Positions 60,218 through 64,000 of a stretch of 64,000 nt of DNA are shown here, one piece after another (within the stretch, counting starts at the first letter, position 1; every line of letters starts with the position of its first letter). The notes beneath the pieces were generated by a model that was given only the letters and a program-made list of their open reading frames with translations, ran no database searches and had not been told where the DNA came from. This DNA comes from Phyllobates terribilis (taxonomy: Eukaryota), in assembly GCF_046119375.1 (NCBI RefSeq), contig NW_027362773.1:110794001-110858000 (forward strand), given 5' to 3'. Made by a program: the position numbers and the translations under genes.

Positions 60218-61260
60218 TGTGGCGCCCCTGAGGGTTCGGTCGCCACAGAGGTACTGCATCTCAACCAGAGGTGTAGTATCTCACTCTCCAGTAGGAAGGA
60301 GTACAGCTCGGGACCCTAACACCTGCATCCAACACATTCCCGCAGTGGGGGTAGGGCGAGATTGCTCCTAAAGGAGAGCACAGTCCCGGGTCCCTAGCTG
60401 TTGGGAGGAGCTATGTAGTGGGTGTGGGTGGAGGAAATAGCTTAGGGGAGCACATGAGAGGAAGGTATAAATAGAGAAGCCATCTTATTTAGTCAGATCA
60501 GAACAGTGAGCAGTGAGAATGAACAGTCTACAGTGAGAGGAGTTGGGAGCAGAGGCTCTGCAGGAGCTCTGCTCAGGCAGAGGGCCTGAGGAGAGGCCCA
60601 GGACTGAAGAGAGACGGAGAGAGGAGCAGGAAGGGCTGCGCAGGATTTCAAGTCCTGCAGCCAACAGTCCATATCAGTCTCGCCAAGAACGTAGCTATAG
60701 AGGACCCAGGGGACGGAACAGACGTCGCCCGACAAGGCCCGCAGGTACCGGATTGGGAGACTTGGTATGAGGTGCAGGGAGACGGCCAGAGAGAGGACAC
60801 AGAAAGGGGTCCCGTTAAGTACTCCGGAGATACCTGAGGGTGGACTGAACCCCTCCCTGAGTAAGCGCAACACGACGAGGGAAGTTGGTACCTGTAACTT
60901 GGACTGCAATAACCGTGAGTAAAGACCCTGAGGACTGCACTCCACTTTCTCCGTGATTATTGTCTGCGCCATCACCCCTGCACTACAACGCCCATCAATG
61001 CCCTGGAGCTAAGCTCTACCTGTGGAGAGCTGAACCAACTCTGCTGCACTAATACCAGCTCCAGAGGCTCTGCACAGCAGCGGCGGCTCCTATAGCCGCA
61101 TACCACAGGTGGCGTCACAAACTTTGTACATAAATCCCCTGTAAATAATCCCCTATTGAATGACCGCCCTGGGTCACGGACCGGGCCACAGCCACTGTGA
61201 CATTTCCCTAAGCGACGACCGGCCCGGCACCGAGTACCCCACGGCCCAGGGGGCGCGTCA
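60218..61260 (+). mobile_element. Solo-LTR-like element, 1043 bp, 4-bp TSD
   Basis: TG...CA ends with short inverted termini (TGTGGCGCCCCTG / CAGGGGGCGCGTCA), CTTG on both flanks, TATAAA 60466-60471, PBS-like TGGCGTCACAAAC 61110-61122. Confidence 0.75.
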
Positions 61261-61773
61261 CTTGCACATGATGCAGCACTAAATTTCTTACTGGTCATCC
61301 TGAACCACTCTGCCCTGTATTCCTAGGGCCTTGCATGCAGTTTTTTGAGACTAGGTATTGAGTCTGTTGGGTGTTTGGTGAGGTCTACCATGGCATGGTC
61401 AAGGAGATTCCATTCTTGGACACAACGTGTTCTACCAAAGTGATGGGGGCTTCCTCAGCTATTTAGCCCGACTTTCATGCTCTCCAGGTCTGCAAAGTGT
61501 CCATCTGATATTTCCTGCACACCTTCATCAAGATTTACAGGCTGTCACATTTTTTTGTTCTCTGAAGCTTCTTTGGGCTACAAGATGTTGCGGTGAAGGA
61601 TTAATAAACTTTGATCCCTTTTTCTGTTGTTGTTTCTCCTTTGGGTATCTGTGTGTCTCTAAATGCCATGAGCGAAAATATATCCAAAGGTGGTGAAGGT
61701 AGAGATATACGTCCGCGCCGCTGAAAGATCCTCAAATCAGGAACATATAATAAAATCCTTGTTTATTGGTAAA

Positions 61774-61816
61774 TGCCTACGCGTTTCTGGGTGTTCCACA
61801 CCCCTTCATCAGGGCA
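61774..61816 (-). ncRNA. Minimal type I hammerhead ribozyme motif (Penelope type)
   Basis: TGCC CTGATGA A GGGGTG-tggaa-CACCCA GAAAC GC GTA GGCA, followed by AATAAA; palindromic ACGCGT stem III. Confidence 0.65.
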
Positions 61817-62130
61817 CCAACAGATATATCCAGGTGAGAACTACCATTTTACTATTATTCCCTATGTCTACAGGTGTAACCCTATTGGGCTTTGTGCTCT
61901 CTCTCTCTTTGTATTTTATGAGCGAAAATATGGGATTTCTGGAGAATGTCATGGTAAAATCATTTTCTTATCATATTCATTGGGAAACCCAACTTCCACC
62001 CAAAACTGTTATTTTTTTTGTCAACAGTTTGCATATCCAAGTTATATTTGCTGGTTAATTTGTCTATGGAATTTATAGTGTTGTTTTTTTATTCTTTTAG
62101 AATGCTATTAATTGTCTCTTTGCTTGAGTA

Positions 62131-62430
62131 TAGGGATGAGCAGACCCATGGATGTTTGTGTTCGTTGGGTTTGAGCGAACTTTAGTCCAAAGTTCGGCTC
62201 GGGTACCAGAACTCAACCCGAACCCAATAGAAGTCAATGGGGCCCCAAACTTTGATACTTGTAAAATGGTCTTACTAAGGGCTAGGGGGCTGCAAAAGTC
62301 TCTCTATCTCTCTTCTTCTGAACTCCAAACACTAAAACGGATTTCTGGGAGAAGTCAATGTTCTGAGTTCAGCACCAGACACTAGGTGGTATGAAGCCCG
62401 AAATGTACAGTTCGGGTTCGCTTATCTCTG
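62131..62430. mobile_element. hAT-family MITE
   Basis: TAGGGATGAGC...GCTTATCTCTG termini with a perfect 8-bp TSD CTTGAGTA (62123-62130, 62431-62438). Confidence 0.85.
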
Positions 62431-62489
62431 CTTGAGTACATACTGTCTTATCTCACTGCCTAAAAGGGGTGTATAGACCTATAAAAGGC

Positions 62490-62796
62490 TCTAAAGCCCG
62501 CCATACATGTCAGGTGGCTGTTGGCGAAACGATGCTTCGGTTGATCATTTAGATGATAACCCATACACAGGAGACCTTGTCCGGCTGAGCATTTCTGTGG
62601 TCTCTCTGAGATAACTCTCGTGGAGACAACAGAAGTGCTCAGCCGAACAAAAGGATTGGCAGTCTGAAATCGGACATGCCAGATCGATATTTCCCCCAAC
62701 TATTAATTGTCCTGCTCCCCCATACACAAAGTGTCTGCCAAACCCGTCAATATTGGCGGGTTCAGCTGACAGTAGTCTAATGTGTACGGGAGGCTT
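62490..62796. mobile_element. Harbinger-like MITE
   Basis: aaagcccgccatacat...atgtgtacgggaggcttta foldback ends. Confidence 0.5.
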
Positions 62797-63211
62797 TATA
62801 CCCTTGTGTTGCCACCAATACCACTATTGATCAAGTTATGGCTCGTTCGTTATTGATTTGCTATAATAGTTACTATGATCGACCCATTTTGTCTGATCAG
62901 AATAGATCACGAGGGGTTGGTTGGGGCTCGATGAGGCTACACACCCTGCAGCATAGTATTTAGAAGACCACACCGCAGTCTGGTTGCCTGTCCTGTCTAA
63001 CATAGTATTGTGTGAATATTTACCCAAGTGGCCAATGTGAACAAGTTGAACTTTTACCTGGTTCTTCATTGGTATTTTTTTTGTTACTTGATAGCATTGT
63101 TACTACTTAGCTTAAACAACTTATTAAAGAATCCTCATGGTTTGGGGCTCACTTGATAAACCTTGAGGTCCTTCCATATACTTTCAGCCTTTTATTCATG
63201 TGTCATGCAAG

Positions 63212-64000
63212 TGTGGCGCCCCTGAGGGTTCAGTCGCCACAGGGGTACTGCACCTCAGATAGAGGTGTGGTATCTCCTCTTCCAGGTAAGGATGGAGCAT
63301 CACCCAGGACCCCACTTCACACTCAACACTACACCACTCCTGTCCTGCAGGGGGCCTAAATGCACCAGGGTGCTGCCCCGTCCCAGGATAGAGGAGATGG
63401 GGGGAACCAAAGATAGGGGGAACCAAGTAGTGGGTGAGGGTGGAGGAAACACTTACAGGAAGCACTTATAGCAACATATAAAATCCACGGCCATCTTAAG
63501 TTCAAGGTCTTTTGATTGTGGTCTTCTGTCAGGGTCCAGCAAGAGTCTGTAGCTGACTGAAGATTCACGGTCCTCGTTCTCAGGCCTCGAGACGAGAAGC
63601 GGGTCAGAGTTAACCAGTGTCTCTGCCCGGGCAGGGTCCCGTTCTAAGAAGACCTTAGAGGGAGCAGAGGAGATAGGCTCCACAGGCAAAAGGATCCCAG
63701 GGGGATACGGACGGAGCGGAGTCGCCACCTGTATTCTTCACTCTGGCCAAGCCAGAGGGATTCCTGCTGCAAGAGGGGTGACCGACCCCCGATATCTGAC
63801 TGTGTACTTCACGTTACTGTTGGAAAAGCCCGGCGACTTAGTGGATCCCAGGGGGAACACAAGCAGGAGGAGAAGGAGAAGGAGAGGAACACACCAACGG
63901 GGTCCTGACAGGTGCTCTTGATCTACCTGGGAAGTGTTGAACCCCATTCCTGGTGGCCGCAGTACGCCGTGTGAAGCAGAGGGAAGCTTTGCGGCTAAAG
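63212..64000 (+). mobile_element. Second LTR-like element related to 60218-61260, running off the window
   Basis: Starts TGTGGCGCCCCTGAGGGTTC; first ~80 nt similar to the 60218 copy, then diverges. Confidence 0.65.

Noticed and set aside
60218-64000. The two LTR-like sequences as ends of one retrotransposon
   Set aside because: The first has its own TSD, they diverge after about 80 nt, and no gag/pol lies between them.

Overview
Vertebrate genomic DNA, most likely from a frog (inferred from the protein sequences and the TTAA-MITE, DIRS and Tc1 repeat content). It holds three spliced genes, reconstructed by hand from GT/AG boundaries with consistent phases: BBS1 (minus, coding exons 1-8, continuing off the left edge), DPP3 (minus, complete, 17 coding exons, 733 aa, HELLGH zinc motif) and MRPL11 (plus, complete, 5 coding exons, 192 aa), with DPP3 and MRPL11 head-to-head. 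BBS1 intron 7 contains four tRNA genes in mirror order (Gln, Asp / Asp, Gln), a 26-nt 5' tRNA-Asp fragment, and a full-length 6-kb DIRS1-like tyrosine-recombinase retrotransposon (2941-8936) with inverted terminal repeats and an internal complementary region, inserted between two of the tRNAs. An intron-containing tRNA-Leu(CAA) lies between DPP3 and BBS1. The rest is MITEs, Tc1 and DIRS remnants, LTR-like elements and several minisatellites. The most unusual items are four loci with Penelope-type minimal hammerhead ribozyme motifs (two as outward-facing palindromes), a solo-LTR-like element with a primer-binding-site-like sequence inside it, candidate introns in the DIRS leader, and the tRNA-adjacent DIRS insertion. 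All calls were made by eye; no searches or folding programs were run.
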